From: Vicinamibacteria bacterium | GTDB taxonomy: Bacteria; Acidobacteriota; Vicinamibacteria; Marinacidobacterales; Marinacidobacteraceae | Assembly (NCBI GenBank): GCA_965199715.1 | Contig: OZ241322.1 | Location: 768,001-832,000, forward strand | Direction of reading: 5' to 3' | DNA: 64,000 bases | Part shown: positions 1 to 9,651 of the stretch, piece by piece | Layout: every line of letters starts with the position of its first letter | How positions within the stretch are numbered: position 1 is the first letter of the stretch | Translations under genes and position numbers: made by a program | Notes under the pieces: generated by a model | What the model was told of the DNA's origin: nothing | The model's database searches: none | Seen by the model: the letters and a program-made list of their open reading frames with translations, nothing else

Positions 1-584
1 TCCGGGTAGGAACTCGCCCGCTCCCCGAGCCGGATGGCCCCCTCCTTGAGCACGTCGAGCGCCTTCCCCGCGCGCCGCCCGGCCTCTTCCAGCTCGTCGG
101 TCCGCCAAACCTGCCGGAGGATCGCGCTCCGGTCGGTCGGCTTGTCCTCGACCAGGAGGCGGGCGAAGCGGCCCTGCGGGAGGATCACCGTGCGCAGGAA
201 CGCATCGCAGTCGAGACCGAGCAGCCGCTGGACGCGATCGTTGACCTGGCGAACCTGCTCCACCTGTTCGACCGGCTCGGTGAGGCGGCGGATCTGGGCG
301 CCGCTCAGACCCTTCCGCTCGAGGCGGACGATTTCCCAGGTCGCCTCGCCCACCTGGAACTCGAAGACCACGCGCATCTTCTCGGACTGGTGGTTCCGAA
401 GCTCCGCGTTGCGCCCCGCGAACGTCGTCCGCCCGTACAGCGCGTAGGTCATCGCCTCGAGGATCGACGACTTGCCGGCGCCGGTGTCGCCGACGATCGC
501 GATCCGGTCCCGATCCTCGAAGTCGATCGCCACCGGGGCGCGGAAGGACCGCAGGCCCTCGATCGTCAGCTTCAACGGTCGCAC
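1..584 (-). CDS. sbcC: SbcC/Rad50 SMC-family ATPase, N-terminal part (continues beyond left edge)
   Basis: Manual translation from GTG at 584: MRPLKLTIEGLRSFRAPVAIDFEDRDRIAIVGDTGAGKSSILEAMTYALYG (Walker A GDTGAGKS). Start overlaps the sbcD 3' end. Not in the ORF track. Confidence 0.9.
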   Translation of the reverse strand, partial: MRPLKLTIEGLRSFRAPVAIDFEDRDRIAIVGDTGAGKSSILEAMTYALYGRTTFAGRNAELRNHQSEKMRVVFEFQVGEATWEIVRLERKGLSGAQIRRLTEPVEQVEQVRQVNDRVQRLLGLDCDAFLRTVILPQGRFARLLVEDKPTDRSAILRQVWRTDELEEAGRRAGKALDVLKEGAIRLGERASSYP

Positions 585-1768
585 TTCAGCGCCTCCAACG
601 CCTCGTCGGTGCGCGACCGCAGCGCCTCGAGATCGAAATCCGCCGCCCCGAGCGCTTCGGAGAACAGCGCGGGGACGTCCCGGTGTCCGCCCTTCGGTCG
701 TGTCCCCCACCATTCCGCGAACAGGGCCTCCAGCGACGGCTCCGACCCCTCGCCGGCCCCTTCCACCGCCTTCGCCGTCTGGTTCTTGACCGGGTTCGCC
801 AGGTCGAACACCGCGCAACCGGGCGACCACTCCCTGAGCCGGTCCGCCAGGTCGGGGACGGGATCGTCGGAGGCCACCCGCGCCTTCAGGATCGCCCCCT
901 CGAACCGGCCGGTCCGGGCGCGGCGCTCGAACTCGTCCAGCCCGCCGGCGAATTCGACGAGCGGCCGCCCGCCGGGGAGATCCCGTGTCTTCACCTGGAC
1001 GTCATGGCCGATCTCGACGACCACCGCCTCCTTCGTCTGCTCGACCTCGCCGAAGTCCAGCGGGATGAGCGACCCGGCGTAGCGTCCCCGGGCGATTCCC
1101 CCGGGCAGGAGCTGCGGATCGTGGATGTGGCCGAACGCGGCGTAGAGCGCCTTGTCGAGCCCCGCCGGGTGGGTCGCGTAGTCGTCGCCCACGGTGATCC
1201 GCCGCTCCGACTTCCCCGGCCGCGCCCCGTGTACGTGGAGATGCGCCGCGTAGATGACGACGCCCCGCGAGCCCGCCGCCTTTCGCGCCCTCTTGAGCAG
1301 GTTCGCATTAAGTGACCGGATGCCGTCGGCGTAGCTGCCCGCGAACGTCGCCGGATCGTCGGTGGCGTACCGCGCCACCGCGCCCGGCGGGATGAACGGA
1401 ACGCACGCGACGTGCGCGTCGCCGAGCGACTGGACCTGCGGCTCGCTCAGAAACCACAGGCGGCGCGGCTCGCCGGCCGACGCCAGATCGTCGAGCGCCC
1501 GGAAGAGCTCCTTCGAGTCGTGGTTGCCCGCGAGCACGACGGTCGGCGCGAGCGCCGAGAGCCGCCCGAGCGCCCGGATTCCCATGCGGAGCGCGTCGTA
1601 GGGCGGCCGCGCCGCGTCGAAGAGATCCCCCGTGTGGAGGATGAGGTCGGGCCGCTCGCTCTCGGCGACGGCCAACAACCCCTCAAGCGCCGCCTCGTGA
1701 TCGGGGGCCCGGTCCAACCGGCCGAGCCGCGCCCCGAGGTGCCAGTCGGATGTGTGGAGCAGCTTCAC
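572..1768 (-). CDS. sbcD: SbcD/Mre11 nuclease subunit
   Basis: MKLLHTSDWHLG, GDLFD, AGNHD and FGHIH metallophosphoesterase motifs. GTG start at 1768 overlaps the herA stop (GTGA). Confidence 0.93.
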   Translation of the reverse strand: MKLLHTSDWHLGARLGRLDRAPDHEAALEGLLAVAESERPDLILHTGDLFDAARPPYDALRMGIRALGRLSALAPTVVLAGNHDSKELFRALDDLASAGEPRRLWFLSEPQVQSLGDAHVACVPFIPPGAVARYATDDPATFAGSYADGIRSLNANLLKRARKAAGSRGVVIYAAHLHVHGARPGKSERRITVGDDYATHPAGLDKALYAAFGHIHDPQLLPGGIARGRYAGSLIPLDFGEVEQTKEAVVVEIGHDVQVKTRDLPGGRPLVEFAGGLDEFERRARTGRFEGAILKARVASDDPVPDLADRLREWSPGCAVFDLANPVKNQTAKAVEGAGEGSEPSLEALFAEWWGTRPKGGHRDVPALFSEALGAADFDLEALRSRTDEALEALKCDR

Positions 1769-3537
1769 GAGGTCGCCGCCAGGTTGTTCAGGATGCGGTC
1801 GGTCTCGGCCTCGTCCGCGTCCTCGTCGCGCTCCGCCTCGTCGGGGTTCGTCGCGAACGGCGGGAACGGAAACCGCACCGGAATCGGCTCGGGCACGATC
1901 GGCTGCGAGACGACCATCGTCCCGGGCATGAACCGGGTGGCCCGCTCCCGGAGCGCCGGGGTCAGGAACCGGTAGGCGTCGGACTCGCTCGCGTCGAGCC
2001 GGCCGGCGACCTTGAGGGCGGCGTTGCGGGGAAGCGCCGGCGCGACCGCGGAAGCCGCCTGCTGCGCCCCGATCAGAAGCACGCCGAGCGATCTCCCGCG
2101 TTCGGCGATGTCCACGAGCAGCTCCTTCAGCGGCGAGAAGCCCTTGGCCGGCGCGTACTTGTTCAGCTCGTCCAGCACGACGAAGCGCAAGGGCACCCGC
2201 CCCGTCCCCTGTTTCTCGCGCCAGACCCGGTCGAGAAGCGCCCCGACCACGAACCGCTGGGCGTCGTCGTGGAGCGTCGAGATGTCCACCACGTGGAGCC
2301 GGGCGTTCTCCGCCGAGACCGGGGTCAGCCCGCAGCCGATGAGCCGCCCGAGGCGGTTCCGCAGCTTCCCGAGGCGGCGCAGGAATGCCTGCCGGGTGAC
2401 CGCCGCGACGCGCCCGAACCACTCGGTCTCGGCGGACTCATCCATCTCAAGCTGCTCGAGGAGGGCGACGAGTTCGCCGAAGTTACGGATGACGTGTCCC
2501 GCTCCGGCGGAAGCCTCCTCCGGCTCCCTTGCCGCCAGCCGGTCCGGGTTGTATCCGGTTCCCTCGGGCGGCTGGTTCAGGATCACGACCGCCCCGGTGG
2601 AGTCGCCGGCGAGCCGCCGCAACCGGCGAAGGAGCTGGATCCGAACCTGCTGCTCGACGATCCCTATGTGGGTGGAACGGTCGTCGTCGGCGGTGAAGCA
2701 GAACTGGAGGAGCTGCTCCCGAATGAACTGCTCGGGGGTCCAGCCGTAGGCGCGCACCTCGGCGGTCTTGCGGGAGCGGACCGACGCCACGACCGTGTCG
2801 GCGGTCGCCGGCGCGTAGAGCCGCACCGAGCGGAAGGGGCCCGGCTCCAGTACGCCGAGCGTCGTCCAGCCCTTGAGCGCCTCCGGTTTCCCCGCGAACT
2901 CGCGGTTGCCGCGGTCGATGTGCAGCAGGTCCTCGCCCTTCGTGTTGAAGACGAGCGCCCGGACGCCCTCGCGCTCGGCCCTGCCCCCGAGGAGGTCCAT
3001 CCCGCGGTCGGTCTCCAGCAACTGGTAGAGGAGGAACAGCGCGTAGGAGGTCTTGGTGGCCACTCCCGAAATGCCCGAGATCGAGACGTGGCCGCCCGAG
3101 CGCCCGTCCACGAAGCGCATGTCGGCGTGGACCGGCTCTCCGCCGAGGTCGAGCCCGACGGGCAGCATCCCCCGCGTCATCTCGTCCTCGAACAGCGCGG
3201 TGCGGCGGTGATCGCCGACCGCCCGCTCCACGCTGGCTCCGGCGTGCGGGGCCACGAAGATCTCGGGCACGACCCGCAGCACGCGGACCTCGGCCCGCCG
3301 GACGTGCTCCGCCGGCAGCGTGCGATCGGCGACCCGCTGCGTGTCCGACGGGAGGTCCGCGCCCTCGAGCCGCGATCGCAGCTCGGTGACGATGCCGTAG
3401 TGCGTCACGCTGCGCCCGCCGGGAAGCGGGGTCGTGACCGCCACCAGCTCGTCAAGCTGGACGAGCGCGTCCGGCTCCAGAACCACATGGAAGACCCGCG
3501 AATCGCTGTCCACCGACCCGTCAACGAGTCCGATCAT
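1765..3537 (-). CDS. herA: HerA-family ATPase/DNA translocase
   Basis: N-terminal HAS-barrel-like region, variant Walker A SGISGVATKTS, Walker B VVLDELNKY, RGRSLGV and AQQ motifs. Lies between nurA and sbcD. Confidence 0.88.
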   Translation of the reverse strand: MIGLVDGSVDSDSRVFHVVLEPDALVQLDELVAVTTPLPGGRSVTHYGIVTELRSRLEGADLPSDTQRVADRTLPAEHVRRAEVRVLRVVPEIFVAPHAGASVERAVGDHRRTALFEDEMTRGMLPVGLDLGGEPVHADMRFVDGRSGGHVSISGISGVATKTSYALFLLYQLLETDRGMDLLGGRAEREGVRALVFNTKGEDLLHIDRGNREFAGKPEALKGWTTLGVLEPGPFRSVRLYAPATADTVVASVRSRKTAEVRAYGWTPEQFIREQLLQFCFTADDDRSTHIGIVEQQVRIQLLRRLRRLAGDSTGAVVILNQPPEGTGYNPDRLAAREPEEASAGAGHVIRNFGELVALLEQLEMDESAETEWFGRVAAVTRQAFLRRLGKLRNRLGRLIGCGLTPVSAENARLHVVDISTLHDDAQRFVVGALLDRVWREKQGTGRVPLRFVVLDELNKYAPAKGFSPLKELLVDIAERGRSLGVLLIGAQQAASAVAPALPRNAALKVAGRLDASESDAYRFLTPALRERATRFMPGTMVVSQPIVPEPIPVRFPFPPFATNPDEAERDEDADEAETDRILNNLAATS

Positions 3538-4487
3538 GGGGAGTTCCTCCGCATCGCCGCCTCGCGCACCGCCCGCAGCGCGAGCCGGGCGTCGCCCTGC
3601 AAGTGATGGAGATGGCGTTCCAACCCGGCGATGGGGGTCAGGTTGACGGGAGCCCGGGCGTCCCGATGGAGCGCCGAGCCGAATCCGGGAAGCCAGCCCG
3701 AGGCCCGGTCCGCGATCGCGACGGCGGCCTCAAGGCCGACGGCGGCCCCGACCTCGATGCGGGCGATCCCCGACCACGGGGCGGCCCAGAGGCCGGGGTC
3801 GCCGATCCGGAGATAGCAGGCGTAGTCGTCGCCGAGCGCGAACAGGCCCGACCGCTCCCCGACGGCGAGCTCGGGGACGCGGGCCCAGTGCTCGGGCGCG
3901 AGCGTCCGCCGGCGATGCGTCTTCACGTAACCGAGAACCGGGACCGTCCGATGCTGGCGGATGTTGTGGAGCGGGCCGTCGAGGACCGTCAGCCATCCAT
4001 CGCCCGCGAGCGACTCGGCGGTCTCGGCCTCGGCGTCGCGCATCAGCCGCTGGTGCGCTTGACGGGCGTCGGCGAAATCGCCGCCGGGCGTGGCGTGCGC
4101 CTCCCAGCTCCACGCGCCCCGATCCGGGAGGGACACCGTTGCGCCGCCGGTGAAGACGGTGACGCGCCCGACCGCGACCCGGGCGAAAGTCGCCGGCGGA
4201 TCGGGAGTCACGAGAACCGCGCCCGAGGCCCAGCTCCCCGCGACGCCGGTGCGCACGGTCCCGTCGGGCGCCGTCAGGGTGAGCCGCGCCTCGGTCCGCA
4301 TCACGCCGTCCACGAAGGCGATCCGCTCGGGCGCGTCGGCCCGCCGCGGCCGATGCGCGACGAACGCGCCGCCGTCCTCGGCCAGCTCGCACTCCACGTC
4401 CAGCTCGGGGCTTCCGCCGGCCTCGTAGGCGGCGCCGTACGCGGGATCGAAGGCGTCCACGCCGATCCGGCCCGAGGGTCGCTCCAT
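3534..4487 (-). CDS. nurA: NurA-family nuclease
   Basis: FVDGVMRTE, VLDGPL, GYVKTH and C-terminal RAPVNLTPIAGLERHL motifs. ATG at 4487 chosen; stop overlaps the herA start. Confidence 0.82.
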   Translation of the reverse strand: MERPSGRIGVDAFDPAYGAAYEAGGSPELDVECELAEDGGAFVAHRPRRADAPERIAFVDGVMRTEARLTLTAPDGTVRTGVAGSWASGAVLVTPDPPATFARVAVGRVTVFTGGATVSLPDRGAWSWEAHATPGGDFADARQAHQRLMRDAEAETAESLAGDGWLTVLDGPLHNIRQHRTVPVLGYVKTHRRRTLAPEHWARVPELAVGERSGLFALGDDYACYLRIGDPGLWAAPWSGIARIEVGAAVGLEAAVAIADRASGWLPGFGSALHRDARAPVNLTPIAGLERHLHHLQGDARLALRAVREAAMRRNSP

Positions 4488-4575
4488 CTTCGCGGGGAAC
4501 CGTAGCCGAGCGCTGCGACGCCTTCGGTCACGCCGGCCCTCCCGGATACACTCGCGCCCCGCCCGGAGGAACCCC

Positions 4576-5865
4576 ATGACCCGACTCGTCGCGATCCTGC
4601 CGCTGCTCGCCTCCCCCGCCGCCGCGCAGACGGGAGCGTGGGACGAGCGCATCCAGGCGGCGGTCGCCGAGTTCGAAGAGGAGACGGTGGCCTTCCGGCA
4701 GCACGTCCACCAGTACCCCGAGCTCGGCAACCGCGAGTTCGAGACGGCGCGGATGGTCGCCGACCACCTCATCGCGCTCGGCTTCGACGACGTCCGCACC
4801 GAGGTCGCGCACACCGGCGTGGTGGGCGTGCTGCGGGGCGGCAAGCCCGGGCCGGTCATCGCCGTCCGCGCCGACATGGACGCGCTGCCGGTGACCGAGG
4901 ACACCGACCTTCCCTTCGCCTCGAAGGTGCGGACCACCTACAACGGGCTGGAAGTCGGCGTGATGCACGCCTGCGGGCACGACGTCCACACGGCGGTCCA
5001 GTACGGAGTCGCGAGCGTCCTCACTTCCATGCGGGAGGACATCCCCGGCACGATCCTGTTCATCTTCCAGCCCGCCGAGGAGGGGCCGCCGCCGGGCGAG
5101 GAGGGCGGCGCCGAGCTGATGCTCCGGGAGGGGGCCTTCGCCGATCCGAAGCCGCAGGCGGTCTTCGGGCTGCACACGCTTTCCGGGCTGCCGCTCGGGC
5201 AAGTCGGCTACACGTCGGGTCCGGCGCTCGCCGCGGTGGATCACTTCCAGGCGACGATCACCGGCGTCCAGACCCACGGGGCCCAGCCGCAGGCCGGGAT
5301 CGATCCGGTCGTGATGGCGGCGCAGGCGATCCTCTCGCTGCAGACGATCGCCTCGCGCAACGTCCACCCGCTGAAGCCGGTCGTCGTGACCGTGGGCATG
5401 GTCCACGGCGGCGAGCGCTTCAACATCATCCCCGACGCGGTCGCGATCGAGGGCACCGTCCGCAGTTACGACCCCGACGTGCGCGATCTGGTCGAGGCCC
5501 GGATGGCCGAGGTGCTCGACGGCATCACGAGCTCGGGCGGCGGCTCGTACGAGCTCGACTACTCCCGCGGCTTCCCCGCGACGATCAACAACCCCGAGCT
5601 CACCTCCGAGAGCCTCGTGACGCTGCGGGCGGTCGTCGGCGACGACAACGCGCTGGAACTCGATCCGACCATGGGCGGCGAGGACTTCTCGTACTTCGCC
5701 AACGAGGTGCCGGGCTTCTTCTACCGGCTGGGCATCCATCGGGAAGGCACCCGAACCGGACCGCACCACTCGCCCTTCTTCCGGGCGGACGACGCCTCGG
5801 TGGGCATCGGGATGCGCGTGATGGCGAACGTGCTCATGGACTACCTGCTCCGGAACTCGGACTGA
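4576..5865 (+). CDS. Secreted M20D-family amidohydrolase (hippurate/aminoacylase-like)
   Basis: Signal peptide (LLASPAAA-Q), HQYPELG, RADMDALP, MHACGHD, FQPAEE, GEDF and HHSP motifs. GGAGG SD upstream. Confidence 0.9.
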   Translation: MTRLVAILPLLASPAAAQTGAWDERIQAAVAEFEEETVAFRQHVHQYPELGNREFETARMVADHLIALGFDDVRTEVAHTGVVGVLRGGKPGPVIAVRADMDALPVTEDTDLPFASKVRTTYNGLEVGVMHACGHDVHTAVQYGVASVLTSMREDIPGTILFIFQPAEEGPPPGEEGGAELMLREGAFADPKPQAVFGLHTLSGLPLGQVGYTSGPALAAVDHFQATITGVQTHGAQPQAGIDPVVMAAQAILSLQTIASRNVHPLKPVVVTVGMVHGGERFNIIPDAVAIEGTVRSYDPDVRDLVEARMAEVLDGITSSGGGSYELDYSRGFPATINNPELTSESLVTLRAVVGDDNALELDPTMGGEDFSYFANEVPGFFYRLGIHREGTRTGPHHSPFFRADDASVGIGMRVMANVLMDYLLRNSD

Positions 5866-6819
5866 GTGGCGCTCCGCGTCGCGTTCGCCGAGCGGCCGCC
5901 GGCCCTCGTGCAGGCCGTGGCCGGGGAGGCCTTTGCCGAGTTCGACCTGCGGATTCCCGAGGCCGACGGGGACGTTCCGCGAGCCGACGCGCTGATCGCC
6001 CGCAAGCGCCGGGTCGGCGCCGGGGAACTGGAAGCGGCTCGCCCCTCGCTCGTGGTCGCGCTCGGGCGGTATCCCATCGCCGTCGATGAGGACGTCGCAG
6101 TTCCCGTGCGGTGCGTGCCGCACCCGGGCGCGATGGCGGTCGCCGACCACGCGATGGCGCTCCTCATGGCGGTGGCGCGGCGGATCGTCGAGGGCGACGC
6201 CGGCGTGCGGGCCGGGGCGTACCGGGAGCTCGGGCTGGCCCCGGCGGTCACGACCGAGCGCTCGTTCGCCTTCAACTGGCTCGGGCGGAAGGACATCGTC
6301 CTCCTCGACGGGCTGCGGCTCGGCCTCGTCGGCTTCGGCTCGATCGGCCAGGAGGTGGCGCGGCGCGCCGCCGGGTTCGGGATGCGCGTCCGCTACTTCC
6401 AGCGCCGGCCCCTGCCCGACTCGTGGAACCGCCGGCTCGGGGTCGAGCCGCTGCCGTGGGACCGCCTCCTCGCCGAGTCCGACGTGCTGAGCCTCCACGC
6501 CCCGCACACCGAAGCCACCGAGAACCTGATCGACGGCGCCGCGCTCGACCGGACGCCCGCGGGCGCGATCCTCGTGAACACCGCCCGCGGCGGCCTCGTG
6601 GACGAGGCGGCGCTCGTCGAGCGGCTCCGCAGCGGACGGCTCGGCGGCGCCGGGCTGGACGTGTTCCGGGAGGAGCCGCTTCCCGCGGGCCACCCCTTCA
6701 TCGACGCGCCGCGCCTCGTGCTCGCGCCGCATGCCGGCGGCGCCGGGGCGGGCGGGCAGCGGCAACTCTTCGCCCGGGTCGCGGACGCGATCCGGAGCCA
6801 TTTCGGAGACGACGCATGA
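5866..6819 (+). CDS. D-isomer-specific 2-hydroxyacid dehydrogenase
   Basis: GFGSIG Rossmann motif; NTARG, DVFREEP and PHAGG catalytic motifs. Confidence 0.88.
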   Translation: MALRVAFAERPPALVQAVAGEAFAEFDLRIPEADGDVPRADALIARKRRVGAGELEAARPSLVVALGRYPIAVDEDVAVPVRCVPHPGAMAVADHAMALLMAVARRIVEGDAGVRAGAYRELGLAPAVTTERSFAFNWLGRKDIVLLDGLRLGLVGFGSIGQEVARRAAGFGMRVRYFQRRPLPDSWNRRLGVEPLPWDRLLAESDVLSLHAPHTEATENLIDGAALDRTPAGAILVNTARGGLVDEAALVERLRSGRLGGAGLDVFREEPLPAGHPFIDAPRLVLAPHAGGAGAGGQRQLFARVADAIRSHFGDDA

Positions 6820-7820
6820 GCGAACTCGCCATCGGCCCGGTGCGCTGCGCCGCCGGGGGACGGGCCGCCGGATTCGTGCCGGCCATCGAGCGGGTGGACG
6901 GAGCGCCGCTCGGGTTCCCCGTCCTGATCGCCAACGGCGCGAGGCCCGGCCCCACGCTGCTCCTCGACGGCGGCATCCACGGCGACGAGCAGGAGGGGAC
7001 CCTCGCCGTGACCGAGTTCGTCCGGGAAGTCGATCCGACGGCGCTCGCCGGAGCGGTCGTCGCGGTTCCGGTGATGAACACCGGGGCGTTCGAGGCCATG
7101 TCCCGCGGCAACCCCCGCGACACGCACACGTTCGACATGAACCGGATCTACCCCGGACGGGCGAACGGCTACCTCACCGACCGGGTGGCCGCGGTCCACG
7201 CCGAGACCGCCGCCGCCGTCGCCGACGTCGAGATCACGATCCATTCGGGCGGGAACATCTGCTACCTCGGCGAGACGATCTTCACGACTTCGGGCGACCC
7301 GCTGGGGCTCGCGCTCGCGCAAGCCATGGGGCCCGGCTGGGAGATCGTGCTGGACACGCCGCACCCCGCCGGCTCGCCCATGGCGGCGATGACCCCGAGG
7401 GGCAAGGCCGCGATCACGGTCGAGCTCGGCGGCGGCGCGGCGACGATGCCGGGGCGGCTGCGGGAGAACGTCGACGTCCTCAAGCGCGCCGTCCTGAACG
7501 TCTGCCGCCACTACCGGATGCTCGAAGGCGACGCCGCTTACGCGCCGAAGCTCTGGCGCGGACGGCAGAGCGTGGTGATGGCGTCGCGCAGCGGGATCCT
7601 GAGTCCGGGGGCCGGGCTCGCCGGGGAGCGGCTCAAGGAGCCGATCCGCAAGGGCGAGCGGCTGCTGCAGGTCCACGACCTGCTCGGGAACCCGATCGAG
7701 GACCTGAACGCTCCCTGCGACGGGGTGCTCTTCGGCTTCCGCACCTACCCCTCGACGACCGCCGGCGACTGGACGCTGTTCTGCGGCGACGCCGAGTTCG
7801 TGGAGGTCTCGCCCCCGTGA
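6816..7820 (+). CDS. Succinylglutamate desuccinylase/aspartoacylase (M14 AstE/AspA) family protein
   Basis: GIHGDE, DMNRIYPG, IHSG and ITVELGG motifs. ATG at 6816 overlaps the upstream stop (ATGA). Confidence 0.88.
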   Translation: MSELAIGPVRCAAGGRAAGFVPAIERVDGAPLGFPVLIANGARPGPTLLLDGGIHGDEQEGTLAVTEFVREVDPTALAGAVVAVPVMNTGAFEAMSRGNPRDTHTFDMNRIYPGRANGYLTDRVAAVHAETAAAVADVEITIHSGGNICYLGETIFTTSGDPLGLALAQAMGPGWEIVLDTPHPAGSPMAAMTPRGKAAITVELGGGAATMPGRLRENVDVLKRAVLNVCRHYRMLEGDAAYAPKLWRGRQSVVMASRSGILSPGAGLAGERLKEPIRKGERLLQVHDLLGNPIEDLNAPCDGVLFGFRTYPSTTAGDWTLFCGDAEFVEVSPP

Positions 7821-8959
7821 TCTCCACGCCCATCGTGCTGCTCGCGTTCCTGCTGCTGCTGGTGGCGGGGGCCCGCGAGTTCGAGGAGCGGTCGCCGCTC
7901 ATCCAGAAGATCAGCTCGGCGGTCGTCTGCACCCTCGTCGGCATCCTGCTCGCGAACGTCGGAATCCTCCCCCGCGGCGGCGAGTTCATGGACGATATCG
8001 CCCGCTACGCGATCCCGTACGCGATCGTGCTGTTCGTCCTCTCGACGCGCCTCGCCGACCTGAAGAAGGCGGGGCCGCGGATGGTGTTCGGCTTCCTCCT
8101 CGCGGGACTCGGAACCTTCGTCGGAGCGTTCGCCGCGAGCCTGCTCTTCGCCGGGATCCTCGGGGAGGAGACGTGGAAGCTGGGCGGCACGTTCGCCGGG
8201 GCCTTCTGGGGCGGCGGGCTCAACTTCGCAGCGGTGGGCCGGGGGCTCGAGATGACCGAGAGCCTGTTCGCCGGCGCCTTCGTCGTGGACAACCTCTCGA
8301 CCGTGCCGTGGATGCTCGCCCAGGTGGGCCTCGCCTCCGCGCTCGGAGTCACGTTCGCCCGCCGGGCGCTCGCGTCGGGGCCGAGCGAGGACGGGGACGA
8401 CGGCGACGCGCAGGAGCTGCGGAAGACGTGGACCGAAGGGGCGCTGTCGATCACGCACCTCGCGGTGCTCTCGGCGATCCCGCTGCTCGCGCTCGGGGCG
8501 GCCGGAGTCCTCGGCCAGTGGATGCCGGGCGTGCCCGAGGTCCTCTGGCTGACCACGATCGCGCTCGCGCTCGGCCAGGCGCCGGCGATCCAGCGCCTGC
8601 GCGGCGCCGGGATGCTCTCCTACTTCGCCCTCCACATCTTCTTCATCGTGATCGGGGCGGCTTCCGACGTGCGCGAGGTGCTGGCCGCCGGCCCGTGGCT
8701 CTTCCTCTACATGATCCTCATCATCGCGATCCACGCGCTGGTCGTGTACGGGATCGGCTGGCTGGCGCGCTTCGACCTCGCGACGGTGACGCTCGCGAGC
8801 CAGGCCGCGGTCGGCGGTCCGGGGTCGGCGCTCGCGCTCGGCATGGCGCTCAAGTGGAAGGAGCGCATCGCCCCGGCGGTGATCGTGGGCATCTTCGGGT
8901 ACGGGTTCGGGAATTACCTCGGCTTCTCCACGGCGTGGCTGCTGCGCAGCGTCCTCTGA
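7817..8959 (+). CDS. DUF819-family integral membrane protein (probable transporter)
   Basis: About 10 hydrophobic segments; GGGLNFAAV and ASQAAVGGPGSA motifs. GTG at 7817 in a GTGA overlap. Confidence 0.82.
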   Translation: MISTPIVLLAFLLLLVAGAREFEERSPLIQKISSAVVCTLVGILLANVGILPRGGEFMDDIARYAIPYAIVLFVLSTRLADLKKAGPRMVFGFLLAGLGTFVGAFAASLLFAGILGEETWKLGGTFAGAFWGGGLNFAAVGRGLEMTESLFAGAFVVDNLSTVPWMLAQVGLASALGVTFARRALASGPSEDGDDGDAQELRKTWTEGALSITHLAVLSAIPLLALGAAGVLGQWMPGVPEVLWLTTIALALGQAPAIQRLRGAGMLSYFALHIFFIVIGAASDVREVLAAGPWLFLYMILIIAIHALVVYGIGWLARFDLATVTLASQAAVGGPGSALALGMALKWKERIAPAVIVGIFGYGFGNYLGFSTAWLLRSVL

Positions 8960-9651
8960 TCCTCGACGGGACGACGGCGCTCGTGACCGGGGCCGCGCGC
9001 GGGCTCGGGCGGTCCGCCGCCCAGGCGCTCGGGAACGCCGGAGCCTCGCTCACGCTGCTCGACTGCGAGGCGGAGGAACTGGCTTCGGTCGCCCCCGGCG
9101 CGACGCTCGTCGTCTGCGACCTCGCCGACCGGTCGAGCTTCCGGCGGGTCGCCGGCGAGTACGACTTCTTCCTCCACTGCGCCGGAGTCCTCACGCGGAA
9201 GCCGCTCGCCGAGACCTCCGAGGCCGAGTGGGACCGAACGCTGGCGGTGAACCTGACCGCCGCGTTCCTGCTGCTGCGGCAGGTGCAGGCGCGATCGGTG
9301 CTGCTCACCAGCTCTCGCGCCGGAGTGACGGGGTTCGCCGGGGAGACCGCCTACTGTGCCAGCAAGTTCGGCATCGAGGGCCTCGCCCGGTCGCTGGCCG
9401 CCGAACGGCCGGGAACTCCGGTCAACACGATCACTCCGGGCGCACGCATCAAGCCGACCGGCTTGCCGCAGGAGGCACGGGGCTCCTGGGGATCTTCGGA
9501 GCCGCTCGGGCCGGCATTCACCGCCTTCGCGCTGCTCGCCGGTTCGTCCGCTCCGACCGGGCGAAGGTTCCGGGCCGACCGGGTGGCCGAGCGGGTCCGG
9601 CGCGACGGACTGCCGCTTGGAGAAGCGGCTTGGGAGGAACTCGCCGAGTGA
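8956..9651 (+). CDS. Short-chain dehydrogenase/reductase (probable CTG start)
   Basis: TGAARGLG, SSRAG and YCASK motifs. The only start that keeps beta-strand 1 is CTG at 8956, overlapping the upstream TGA. Confidence 0.8.
   Translation: MILDGTTALVTGAARGLGRSAAQALGNAGASLTLLDCEAEELASVAPGATLVVCDLADRSSFRRVAGEYDFFLHCAGVLTRKPLAETSEAEWDRTLAVNLTAAFLLLRQVQARSVLLTSSRAGVTGFAGETAYCASKFGIEGLARSLAAERPGTPVNTITPGARIKPTGLPQEARGSWGSSEPLGPAFTAFALLAGSSAPTGRRFRADRVAERVRRDGLPLGEAAWEELAE

Noticed and set aside
572-2422. Long N-terminal extensions in the ORF track (sbcD, hydantoinase, leuS, mutY, fabD and others) suggesting fusions
   Set aside because: The extensions are out-of-frame reads of the upstream gene. 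True starts lie at NTGA overlaps where family similarity begins.
1750-3606. Many long antisense or alternate-frame ORFs (e.g. 1750-3606 +, 30518-33790 +, 47671-50775 +, 52189-54594 +)
   Set aside because: They are Arg/Pro/Gly-rich shadow frames of real genes, caused by stop-codon scarcity at high GC, and carry no family motifs.
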